64,000 nt of DNA from Amoebidium appalachense (Eukaryota; Protista; Ichthyosporea), in NCBI GenBank assembly GCA_963693365.1, contig CAVNZM010000013.1, positions 3,066,722 to 3,130,721 of the forward strand, given 5' to 3'. A program made the translations under genes and the position numbers. Positions 1-35,808 of the stretch are shown here, one piece after another (the stretch's first letter is position 1; each line of letters opens with the position of its first letter). The notes under the pieces are model-generated. The model searched no databases. It was not told the DNA's origin and saw only the letters and a program-made list of their open reading frames with translations.

Positions 1-236
1 CGACCCACCCACCCACCCACACACCACTATTGTTGCCACTATGTACCAACGTGACCTGCGTTACTGTAGCCTAACTACTAGTTCTTTCTGCCACACACAC
101 GCACACTGCACGTTTCCCGCCCACGACATTCTCCTCCCGCGGCTCCTTCAACGTTTCCTCGCCATCTCTGCCCGATACATCTCATACACACCCTCCGTCC
201 GTTTTACAGCCTGTCTCGCTAATTCGGTCTCCGTTC

Positions 237-2690
237 TCAGTTCTCTCTCGTGCGCGCGCACAATTCTTCCTTCTCTCTCACCGTGGATTCAAGCCTCTTT
301 TTCAAATCGGCTACGGTTTTTCCCAGCGCGGCGTTGTCTTTCCCGAATTTCAGCGCAATGTTGTTAAGTTTGCGTTTCAGGCTGTCTATGTTCCCATCCC
401 TCTCTCGCAACTGAACTTCAAGAGTAGCGATTTCAGATTCGGAAACCCGATTAGCATCGATTAGCGCGTTGATCTTCGATTTCATTTCTTCCTTCTTGGC
501 GCATTTTCCCGCGTATTCATCCAACCTCCTTTTCGTTTCCTCTCTTTCCCTCTCAAATACCCTCACCTCCTTCGATCTTTCCTCCATGTAAGCGCCAAAC
601 TCTATCTCGATTTCACCCCTCTTCTCCCTTTCCATCTCCGCCTCCCTTTTCAACCCCCTCTCCTTCTCCTTAAACTCTCTCTCCCTCTCCTCTTTTTCTT
701 TCTTTAACCCATCCACCTCTTTTTCCTTCTCCTCCATCCAACGGCCATATTCCGACTCCATTCTCTCTCCCTGTACCTTCAGTTCCTCCGCCTCTCTCTC
801 CTTTTCACGCCACCGCGACATCCAATCAATTTCCATCACCTTCTTTTCCTTCCGAACCGCCTCCGTCTCCGCCTCTTTCCCTTCCACAATCTTCCGCCAT
901 TCTTTCTCTATTTTCTCTCTCTGTATTTTCATTTCCAGCGCGTGCGCGTCCTTCAACCTCCCCGAATGTTCTTTCGCCACCAGAAGCGCCTTATGAAATT
1001 TCCCGTCGTTTTCTTTGGACAGGGTTTCAAACCTCCGCGCCCGTTGCTCGACCGACTCCAACTTCCGTTCCCATTGTTCCTTTTCCGTTCCCCAGCATGT
1101 CCTAGTGAAGTCCACCTCTTTCTTTAGGCGCGCTATTATACCCCCCATTTTCTCGCTCTCCGTCTTCCATTTTTCCTTCTCCGCCAAGTGCTGGTTTTGG
1201 CTGTCCTTTAACATCCGCTCCAATTCGTTTCTCCTCCCATCCCACTGAGTCTCAGTATTTAGCGCATATTCTCTCTGTCTCCTTCCCATCTCTTCCTTCA
1301 TCCCCTCCTTTTCCTTCTCCCACCCAACCTTCCTCTCTTCGTTTTCCTTTTCCAGGCGGCAAACAGCCCCCCTCAATCCCTCCCTCTCTTTCTTCCATCC
1401 CTCCTCCTTTTGCAAAAACTCTCTCTCCGCAACACTCACCTTCGTTTCCATCTCTTCCTTCTCCTTCTGCCATTTTCGGCTGCTCTCCGTATATTCCCTT
1501 CGCTTTTCTTCAATCACCTTGTTCATCGACTTTCTTTCCTCCTCCCATTCCTCACGCTTCTTGTTCAAATCATCTCTTAATAGCTCCATGTCCAACCTCA
1601 GTTGCCTCTTTTCATTCTCCCATTCCATCTTTCGTTCCTCATAGTCTTTTGTCATACGCTGCATTTTCTCGCTGGCTTCTACCTTCTCCTTCTCCCACTC
1701 AATCAACTTTTCCCCGTGTTCTTTCTTCAAGTTCTCCGTTTCCTTTTTTGTCTCTTCCTTCTCTCTCTCCCTTTCCGCCCGTTCCTTTGCGACTTGCTCT
1801 TCGAAGTTTTTCACCTCGTTGCCCGCTCTCTCTTTCTCCCGCTCCCATTCCGTTCTCTCTTGCATATGTTCCGTTCTCGTTCTTTCCAGTTCCCCATTCA
1901 TTTCCATTTTCTCCTTTTCCCATCTTTCACGATTCATCCCGTGACTTCTTTTCTCCTCCTCTTTCTCTGTTTCCAGCCTATTCACCCTCATCTCGTACTC
2001 TTGTTTCAGTTTTTCCATTCCTTTCTTTCCCTCCTCCACTTCTTTAACAAGCTTTCCCTCCCTCTTTTCTGCACGCGCCACACACCCATTCAACCTTTCT
2101 ATCTCCTCCCCTTGCTTGTGGTTTCTTTCTTCCATTTTCCTCTTCTCTCTTTCATACACCTCCGTTTTCTCGTTAACCTCACTCGTCACCAGTTGCCCCA
2201 TCATACCCGCCATAGCAGCCAAGTAAACTTCTTTCTTAAACGGCTTCGTTGATGTGAATGTGTTCCCATCCAAGCTCCCACAGAAAGAAGATAACCTGTC
2301 CGTTTCTGTGTTCTCGTTCGTGTTTTCCGCCGCTGATGCACCGCCGAAAAAACCGGAATCACGCCGCATGTTGCTGTCGCCATCTTTTTCCGCTTTGTGC
2401 TTGTTTCGAATAGTCTTCCCTTGCCTCGGCTCTCTGGAGTTGCCCACTTCCTCTGTTTTTACCGACGCTTCGCTCTCGATCACATCTTCCTTCTTTTCGC
2501 TCTCTCCCGCATTCTCCAGCTTTGGTGATTCGAAACTGTTTTCCATCGGATCCGTGCGAGATCGTTTGCACGGCGTGTCGAACTGCGAATAAGATGACGG
2601 CCTCTTCGTTTTGAAGGGCATTTCGATCGTTGTTTTCATTTCCGTGTCACGTGTAGGCTTTTGGCCTGGATCGAATTGTATTCCCGACAT
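237..2690 (-). CDS. Intronless 817-aa E/K/R-rich coiled-coil protein with 25-residue W(E/K)xE(K/R) repeats; true C-terminus may extend to 148 via a frameshift
   Basis: 2.45-kb open frame free of microsatellites. It has an acidic/Ser-rich N-terminal ~150 aa followed by a long charged helical rod. Trp recurs every 25 aa between 1922 and 1092. No family recognised. Confidence 0.85.
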   Translation of the reverse strand: MSGIQFDPGQKPTRDTEMKTTIEMPFKTKRPSSYSQFDTPCKRSRTDPMENSFESPKLENAGESEKKEDVIESEASVKTEEVGNSREPRQGKTIRNKHKAEKDGDSNMRRDSGFFGGASAAENTNENTETDRLSSFCGSLDGNTFTSTKPFKKEVYLAAMAGMMGQLVTSEVNEKTEVYEREKRKMEERNHKQGEEIERLNGCVARAEKREGKLVKEVEEGKKGMEKLKQEYEMRVNRLETEKEEEKRSHGMNRERWEKEKMEMNGELERTRTEHMQERTEWEREKERAGNEVKNFEEQVAKERAEREREKEETKKETENLKKEHGEKLIEWEKEKVEASEKMQRMTKDYEERKMEWENEKRQLRLDMELLRDDLNKKREEWEEERKSMNKVIEEKRREYTESSRKWQKEKEEMETKVSVAEREFLQKEEGWKKEREGLRGAVCRLEKENEERKVGWEKEKEGMKEEMGRRQREYALNTETQWDGRRNELERMLKDSQNQHLAEKEKWKTESEKMGGIIARLKKEVDFTRTCWGTEKEQWERKLESVEQRARRFETLSKENDGKFHKALLVAKEHSGRLKDAHALEMKIQREKIEKEWRKIVEGKEAETEAVRKEKKVMEIDWMSRWREKEREAEELKVQGERMESEYGRWMEEKEKEVDGLKKEKEEREREFKEKERGLKREAEMEREKRGEIEIEFGAYMEERSKEVRVFEREREETKRRLDEYAGKCAKKEEMKSKINALIDANRVSESEIATLEVQLRERDGNIDSLKRKLNNIALKFGKDNAALGKTVADLKKRLESTVREKEELCARTREN

Positions 2691-4031
2691 GTTTCGGGCC
2701 TCTTGCAGAGTGACGGACTGAATGGGAAGTCACTTCCCAAGGAAGTATGGGACCACCTGATGCCGTGTCCGTTTGTAACAATAAAGCGCCGAGGCGAAAG
2801 ACTTCGTATCACTTGTAAATTAGTTCCCAAAGAGGGTGTGTGAGGGTCAGAAAACACGGCAAGCAAAGCACTCAACTCGGCTATAGATCCGAGTAAGAGA
2901 TTGAGGAATGGGTTAGAGAGAGAGAAAGAGCGCACTTGACCGTAAAAGGAGCTTAGAAGAGGCAAATTTAGAAGAAAAAAAAGCAAATAAACGCCAACTC
3001 TTGTTGGTAAACGGAGGCGTAGGTAGATCTGAGACTTAGGGTTTGCCCTTGCAAAAAGATGAGTTCAAGGCTTGTTATCAACTTGGACAGGGGTAGAGTT
3101 TAGACGCTCGTAAAAGGTTGTTTTATAATAGCGCAAATGCATGTTTGTATTTGCTAGCTGAAGGCGTTGGAATATGTTAAAAGAATATACATCTGGGGTT
3201 TTTTGGTAACATGTTGCATGTTACAGTTACAGTACTGTACCATCGTCGTGTGTGTGTATTCTGTGAAAACGTGAGGCCCTGCAGCTGTCAAACAAAAAAG
3301 CCCAAACTCTCTGCTCCAAAGTCCAAACTCAAGTTACACTATTCAATTCGGACATTGAGCTATTCTCTTTAACAGCTCGATAACCATTCAAATAGCAGGA
3401 AAATGATTTAAATTACTAATTTTAAAAACATAAAATAATACTTACCACAGTATCATTTATATACTTTGCCTACTATGTATGACTATGTCAGCCACTGTGA
3501 TTGGTTTATCTAGCCCGCCAATTTCCCCAATCCCCAGGCGAGTCGCGACACCGACTGAGCTGACACTGAGACACACACCGCACTCGAGAGTGACAAGAGA
3601 GCTAGCCATCGAGTGGTCTTTGCTGTGTGCAAAAGTGTGCAAGCGTGTGTCTTACAATATATCAGAAAACCTGCCGGGACCTGCCATCGTGCATATGCGT
3701 CGGCCCGCCTGCACCGCAACACAGCGCTTCTAAAAAAAGCGGGTGTTGCATGTGTGTGGGTACATACGTGCTCGGCGTGTGCAGCGTGTGCCGGTCTGCG
3801 GCTCAAACAAACATGCGTGTCTACATGCGTGTGCATGGAATACGCCTGCGGTCATGGGTTTCGAGCTGCTTGATAAAGCATGCATAGTCCACGGATGAGG
3901 GTGGAGATCCGGGGTTTGCTCGGAGAGAGGGGGAGAAGAGGGGAGGGGAGAGGGGGAGAGGGGCACAAACAGAGTGAGAGAGAGTGTGTCGAGAGAGAGA
4001 GAGATTGGGGGGGGGGAGGGGGCGGGGGGGG

Positions 4032-4075
<44 letters not shown>

Positions 4076-4569
4076 AGAAAGGAAGGAGAGGAAAGAAAGA
4101 AAGAGTTGGGGGAGGGCGGGAAATAGGCAGGGGAAGGAGGGAGGGAGAAGAAGGGGGGGGAGAGGGGGGGGGGGGAGGGGGGGGGGGAGAAAGAGAGAGA
4201 AATCTTGAGAGCGAGAACTTCAGGAGATAGAGAGAGAGATAAACGAAGAAGGGGGGAGGATGGGGATGAGAGAGAAGGAGAAAAGAGAGAAGAAGAAGTT
4301 GTAGAGAGAGAAATCTTGAGAGCGAGAACTTGAGGAGAGAGAGAGAGAGAGAGAGAGATAAACGGGGGGGGGGGGGGGGGGGGATGGAGAGAGAAACAAG
4401 GGGGGGGGGGGGGGGGGGGGGGAGAGAGGGGGAGAGAGAGAGAAGAAAGAGAGCTAGACTTATTGGGGGGGGGGGGGGAGGGGGGAAGAAGGGGAGGCGG
4501 GGGTCGCGGGAGTGCAATAGTGTCTGAATTTGTATTTGTGCATGTATGTGTGGGTGGGTGGGTGGGTGT

Positions 4570-4617
<48 letters not shown>

Positions 4618-5115
4618 CTGGGGGCTAGCACAAATGCATTCTCTAGGAAAAGTGACCTGGGGAAAACACCGGATGTTAACTATGATTATTGATGGAATAG
4701 AAACACTAATATCATAGACTTATCAGAGCCTTCTACCAGTCAGACCCCCCCCCCCCCCCCCCCCCCCCCCCCGACGAACACACACATCTTTCAATTCAGT
4801 ACTCGAATACCATTCCCCCTCCCCACTCGCATGGCTCAGGTGGCTAAAGCTTATACCTATATGTACTAAGGAACTTGCGTAGGTACATTGGTATTCTGCT
4901 GTAGGTTTACCATCCTGCCTGGGGTACAGGCAGAGCCAAGCCGGAGCCTCTGTGAGGTGAAGCGGGATAAAAATAAGATTAAATGATACTATGAATACCC
5001 CCAACCAATACGTATCATAACGGTTGGCAGGATAGAAGAGCCAGGCACAGGTTCTGAAATCTTATTTGTTTGGCAACTAGTACCACACGTCACGTTCTAT
5101 CTGACCCACACACCC

Positions 5116-10017
<4,902 letters not shown>

Positions 10018-10633
10018 GTGTTTGTAAACCTCAGCTATATGCAAGCAGCTAAGAAGACGAGTGACTTCTCTTCGCTTGCGACGGTGATCGTGTGAGGGTT
10101 TTTCGCCGACTGGAGGTGCCCTACGGATCTAATCTAATTAGATCTATTGGAGAGGTGGGTAAATCGTTTTTCTTGGTATGGATAGCATTAACCAGTATAG
10201 CGTTATGTTTACGCATCTGTTGTCTTATGCCACTAAGACCTAGGGCGGATTCATTTTTTCAAAAAAAAATATATAAAAATTGTGCCCCTCAAGAGGTATA
10301 TTTTGGTCGGAAAATCTGCTTACTGGAATGTTAAGAAACTTTGAAGTCGATTGAAGTTCTGACTCCCGGGGCCCACCGTTTGAATCACCACCAGTGGCAC
10401 CAGCAAGTTGCTGCAGCTGCATATCTGAACAATCTAGAAGTATCCAATCTGTTAACAGCATGCCTAACTTAATTTGGGCTCTCAAAAGATCGCAGATCTG
10501 TCGACAGAGTTTTCCCCCATGTACTGTATGGGCCGGCAAACACTACGCCGCCATGTATGGTGTACATAACATGTGTTTGCGTATGTACGCACGTATCCGT
10601 ACGTAAATCCATGATCGCTCGCTCTCTCTTTTT

Positions 10634-10710
<77 letters not shown>

Positions 10711-11588
10711 AGCTGTGTGTGCGTGTACATGTGCGTGTCTGCGTGCGTGCGTGTGTGTGTGTGTGTGTGTGTGTGCGTGTGTGTGTGTACACTGATGTGC
10801 GTGCATATTGTGTTGCCTCTTCTCATAAAAGTACTATCAAAAAGGAACAGATTCGTTGGTACATTCGTTTTGCCTTCAGGCTGCTGCTGAATCAATAATA
10901 GTACTGTGTGTTCAAGTATGAATAATGTTTTGCCTAGATAGGGCTTTCTTGAATTAGAAAACGAGACATCAGAAGGTAATTGCACACCCACACACCCACA
11001 CACGCGCACGGCACACACCCACACACGCTCGTACGTATAAATGTACTTCAGTGTATGCATGCTCATGTACATGCACGTCTCATGCATGCATGTGCGTCCA
11101 TGTCCATGTCTGTAGAAGTGACTGTTACTAAATGAGACACGCGTACATGAATTTTAGCCATGATTCCTTGAATCAGTTTGGCATTCGATTCATGTGAATA
11201 CCTCCTGTATACATACACTGTAAACGTACAACGTTGGCATGCATGGGGACAAAGTACTGTTTGAATAACAATGCCAGATTCTAAAGGTTTAAAGTTGTTG
11301 AGAAAAAACATTGGGATATTACTGACCACGATCATTCAGCGCAACTACAGTAAGAAGGGGGTTCAACGAGCTGATAACATAAACCTACAGACACTCAAAT
11401 TGGCGGGGGGTTTGTATTATGATTCATTCACATTGCTTGAGACGGTCCAAACGGCCTATGTATATACATAGTCTATGGAGTCAGGTTGATTATAATAAAT
11501 ATCTGCTGATCCATTAGTGCTTCAACCAGCCTTTGAATCAGGTACATAAACAACAGGCCACTGTAAGTGCAACTCAGGGTAGGGGGTT

Positions 11589-18010
<6,422 letters not shown>

Positions 18011-18429
18011 CTTTATGGGTTTTGGGCGCACAGGCTGGGGAAGTTTGGGGGGCTGACAGAAAGGAGGCGGAGGAGAAAACGCCAAAAATAATGATGAACG
18101 TAGTATTATGTGTGCAGCACTTATGATTTGCTATCTTGCTTTAGCGAATGCTTTGCTTCTTGTTCGAAGAAGACGAGTCAACTTGCCCCTACAAGTTGAA
18201 CGCTCATGGTCGAAGCACGTAGCAACTTTCTAGTTTATTTTCCGCATACCTCTTATTTCTTCCTATTCTTGAAAAGCAGACTTTTTCTCTCGTTTTGCAC
18301 AACACATAATCTTTCTTGGTTGAACGAGTCAGCCCAGGCAGAGAGAGAGAGAGAGAGAGAAGACCTCGGGTGAGACTGAGCCACTGAGCCAGCCGGCTGA
18401 GAGGGGAAAAGCTTTGGAATTCGGAGCAA

Positions 18430-18570
18430 ACCGCCACAGCCAATCAAATGCCCCTCTGCAATTAATTTTTGAAAAGTGCGCGAGCAAATATAACCTTTTT
18501 GGGTAACTCATTAACCATATAAAGTAAGCTTGCCCACAGGAATTTTTGGCTGGGAAAGTAGCTCAGAGCG
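18430..18570. promoter_or_regulatory. Putative compact bidirectional promoter between the Ran-like gene (-) and the UBC/UEV-like gene (+)
   Basis: The two genes diverge from this repeat-free segment. It has a CCAAT box (gccaatc ~18439). A minus-strand 5'-UTR donor (AG|GTATGC ~18250) and plus-strand UTR acceptors (~18727, ~18827) flank it. Start sites are inferred. Confidence 0.45.
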
Positions 18571-18966
18571 GCCTGTGACAGGCTGACACACGGACACAGA
18601 CAGTTTACTCGTAGTGTACCCGCGTTTGTCTGTACCATAGTTGATTGTTTTTGGCATATTCACTGGTTTTTTTTTATGTGTATATGTGCGTGCTTTTTCT
18701 TTAGCTCTACAAGTGCTGCTTTGACAGGTTGAAACGAGGAACTAAATAGATGGTTTTATCTATCACTGATGCTGTCCTGTCGTTTCATCCCTGTGCTTGA
18801 CAGTAGTTTTTCTTTCTGGATTTTCAGATGCTGTGTTTGTGTGCTCGAAGATTGTAGCTATTTGGCAACTGACGAAATATATGAAACAACAACGGAAGGG
18901 AAACTCTGCTGGTGTTGAACTCCCGTTGCTCGTTTGGTTGTGGCCCTGCCCTCGCCCCCAGTCGTA

Positions 18967-31908
<12,942 letters not shown>

Positions 31909-33424
31909 TACTATCTAAACCTGGTTTCTGTAACACCGTGCAGGTTTCGTTTCCTCTACCATTTAGTTGTCTTTTTCGTTCTTTGTGAGTGCTGTTTCCT
32001 TCAGTATTCTTTTTCCCGTTGTACCTTTCTTGTGATTCCGACCAAACCGTTTTCGTTTCGTGTTCCTTGTAGCCTACACCTGGGGAGAGGGGGGGGGGGG
32101 GGGGGGGTCTTTTGCTAGTTCCTGTTGCAAACCAGTAGCAGCTAAGTTACTAAGTAACCATTAGATTATGCCCATCTCTGTAAGCACGAAAATGCTGGTG
32201 GATTGCAAAAGAGTGAACTTACGTTTTCGTGCTGTATGGGACCTTACTATGCATAACTACCCCTTGTGGAAGCATCATACGGTGTTCATTGGGCAAATTG
32301 TTACGTTCGTGTTCAGCAATTTCTTTTTTTTTTTTTTTATCAGCGACAGTTTTCAGCTTCGTTGCTGTGTAGTAGTTGATATTTGTATGCTGTTTGATGC
32401 CACACGTGCAGCTTGCTATGCGAACACGTTCTTCAAATTTTCCAACGAACATTTAGTGTGACATTGTACACAGCCGATACAGTTTTAAATGTGTGACATC
32501 GTTACTATTTAAATAAGCCGCTCTGTTGTCACTTGAATATTTGAATCAGTATTTTGTAGGACGTTGGGTAGGGAGAACCCACCACTCCTCCAGACAGGTG
32601 GGGCTAGCTAGTGAGGCCATGTGCACACACACAGGAAAGATGGTGGGGCGGGGAGGGGGGGGGGGGGGGGGGGGGGGGGGAGGGGGAGGGAGGGAACCCA
32701 TGGGGGAGACTCATCATGATGTCAAGTTGGTTACTGAGGAAGGAAGGAATAATGGCAGGAATTATAATATATAGTTATGACTTGAATATACAGAACAGAC
32801 TTGCGTGAAGACACACGTTCCGCACAAGTACACGCGTACGGGCAGGTGTGAGGAACACACTGAGCCTGCATGCGCACACAAACACACAAATGGGACCATG
32901 TAAACACAAACACATCCTCGTTCTCCAGATCTTACTGCTACAGTCAGGGTAGCTAGCACGCGATGCCATGTACACGTACAGTACTACACACACACACATA
33001 CACACGGCACCCTGGCACCGCTACAGTACAGGTGAGTGCACACATGCACGCATGCATGTGTGCACGCACAGTCATACATACACACACACACACACACACA
33101 CACGTGCACACACCGTACGTGTGACGCACGCACATGAACATGCACACACACATATATGGACATTCAATTTGTTACAAACATACAGCTACCAATACGCTAT
33201 TAAACAAATTTAAAACACACAAGCATGGGACCCGTTTCTTTCCGTTGAAATTTTTTTGTTCAACGGAAATACCGACCTTGAACATTAAACTTCTGGAGAA
33301 GCGAAGGGGGTCCTGCAAATGAGTGGAAAGGGCACCAGGGCCGAAGGGAGAGAAATAGAGAGAGAGATAGAGTCGAGAGAGAGCTAGAGAGAGGCTGGGG
33401 GGGGGGGGGGGGGGGGGAGGGAGG

Positions 33425-33468
<44 letters not shown>

Positions 33469-33827
33469 TGAGAGAGAGAGAGAGAGAGGAGTCTCATGAT
33501 CAGAGAGAGGGGGGGGGGGGGGGGGGGGGGGAAGAGAGCGAGAGAGAGAGAGGGAGAAAGAGTGAGAGAGGAGTAGAGAGAGCTGAGAGAGAGAGAAAGT
33601 GATCATGAGTGATAGGCCAACGGCAAGATCGGGGCTCAACCAGATATGTGGGGTCGTTCGACACGTTTCGCGCGATCCTTATTATACAATTAGTGGTAAA
33701 AACACAACCCAAGAATTCGAAGAAAAAAAGATGCACACCGACGTTCATGACAACCTAACAGTCACGTGGACACCAAGAACACGAAATTTTGTATCTGATA
33801 ACTGCTTCACACTGCGCTGCGAACTTG

Positions 33828-33866
<39 letters not shown>

Positions 33867-33873
33867 GGAGAGA

Positions 33874-33907
<34 letters not shown>

Positions 33908-33915
33908 GGGGGGGG

Positions 33916-33968
<53 letters not shown>

Positions 33969-34023
33969 GGGGGGGGGAGAGAGAGAGAGATAGAGAGAGA
34001 AGAGAGAGAGAGAGGGGGGGGGG

Positions 34024-34077
<54 letters not shown>

Positions 34078-35135
34078 AGAGAGTCTGAGAGAGAGAGAGA
34101 GAGTGGGGGGGGGGGGGGGGGGGGGAGAGAGGGAGGGAGGGAGAGAGAGAGAGAGAGAGGGGGGGGGGGGGAGGGGGAAGGGGGGGGGGGAGGGGGGGGG
34201 GGGGGGGGGGGGGAGCTCCTGGGGGAACTCGCACGCTATCTATGATATTACAGGGGCAGCTCAGATGTACATGTCTTCATGCCCAAAATCGAAATGTCAT
34301 AAAGCAGTGAAGCCTCAGCTATGAAGGATAATAATAAGGATTCATTCTCAGTCAGAAATGAGCGTGCACGCGAGTAAGTTGAAAGCTCGATTTGACAATT
34401 ACTCGTGCTAGTATTGTTCGAGAATAATTGTATATGATAGACGCCCTTGTAAGTTATGTCACGAACAGACTGAGCCTTGGCATGGCGAGGCCAGCAAGCG
34501 CATGCCCCAATCTCCAATCACAACAACTTGCCGTCAGTGAAACTTATAATTACTCAAACAGTGAACCCGGCATCTCCGAATCCCTCGTCACACAACAACA
34601 ATAAATCTTTGTGTCACTTAAATTTCTCAGTCTACCATCACAGAATGGCACAGTGCACAGTATTGTATTTACGCATGACATGAATTAGGGCGCGGCAGAT
34701 TTATTATAACGCATACAGTCTGGACTCTGGCATACGTACAGACTGTACAGTACAACAGAACAGAAGTATTTGCACAGGCTGCATAATCCAATCGGACGCT
34801 TTGTTGACATGTAAACTAGCCAATCGGAATGGCCTTACGCACTTTTGTTTGCTTTGCATCGCTCTACAGGAATTTGCGGCTGCAGGTAATTGGCTGAAAG
34901 TCGGTCTACAAATTCTACTGCATCTGAGTAACAGTTCGTGCACAACTTGGCAATGCACAGGCCACGTGTCGCACGCCATTACTATGCTAAATCCTGTTTA
35001 TTTGCGGAATGGAAAAATGGTGCACACGTAAACGGAAACAAAGAGTAGCTTGATTTATAAGTTTTTATCATGAAGCAAATGGTCATATTGACCATGATAA
35101 TCTTCGGGCCCGGGCTTCGCGAGATCATGGAGTAA

Positions 35136-35242
35136 TTACGTCAGCATTACGTAAGAAAAGACATCTTTGGGGATGGGCTCTCTCCCACGTGGGAAATGCA
35201 TATGGTGCGCTTTGTGGCCTGTTCAGTGTTCACATATAAAAG
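35136..35242 (+). promoter_or_regulatory. Proximal promoter of the monooxygenase gene: two bZIP-type sites, an E-box palindrome and a TATA box
   Basis: TTACGTCA 35136-35143, TTACGTAA 35147-35154, TCCCACGTGGGA 35183-35194 and TATAAAAG 35235-35242, about 100 nt upstream of the ATG at 35345. Confidence 0.55.
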
Positions 35243-35344
35243 CCGCAAAAGCCACACCGGGCATCATATATAATAGCACACCGTCTTCATGACACAAGCG
35301 TATTATACCTAAGGTGCTCTATTAATAACCAGCTGGCTGGCGTC

Positions 35345-35753
35345 ATGATGGCCAAATCCGGCCAACTTTTTGTCGGGGCACTACTCGGCCTGTGTTCTCT
35401 TCAATTGGAGCTCTCGCATGCTGCCCCACCCACCCACCATGTGCACCAGAGAGACACGGAGGTCTCTTCGTTGGTAGCCAGCCTACCCCATAGCTACGTG
35501 CTTGCACCAAACTGCACCCTTTCGTGGGCCGTTGACACTTCAAATGGGACCATTACTTTTGGCGTGGATTGTGCCTCGCCCGGTTGGTTTGGTCTTGGGT
35601 TGGGTGAACTCAACTCGGGGATAATGGCCGGGGCGGACATCTATAGCATTGAGGAGAAGGAGGAGGGGAAATTCACGGTTGTGGACAGGTGGGTTTGCCC
35701 CGTTGGTGTTACACTGTGTATGTATGTTATTTGGGGACATTTGGAGCATTTCA

Positions 35754-35808
<55 letters not shown>

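Noticed and set aside
942-2592. Plus-strand F/L/S-rich ORFs (e.g. 1602-2252)
   Set aside because: They are antisense shadows of the purine-rich coiled-coil gene.
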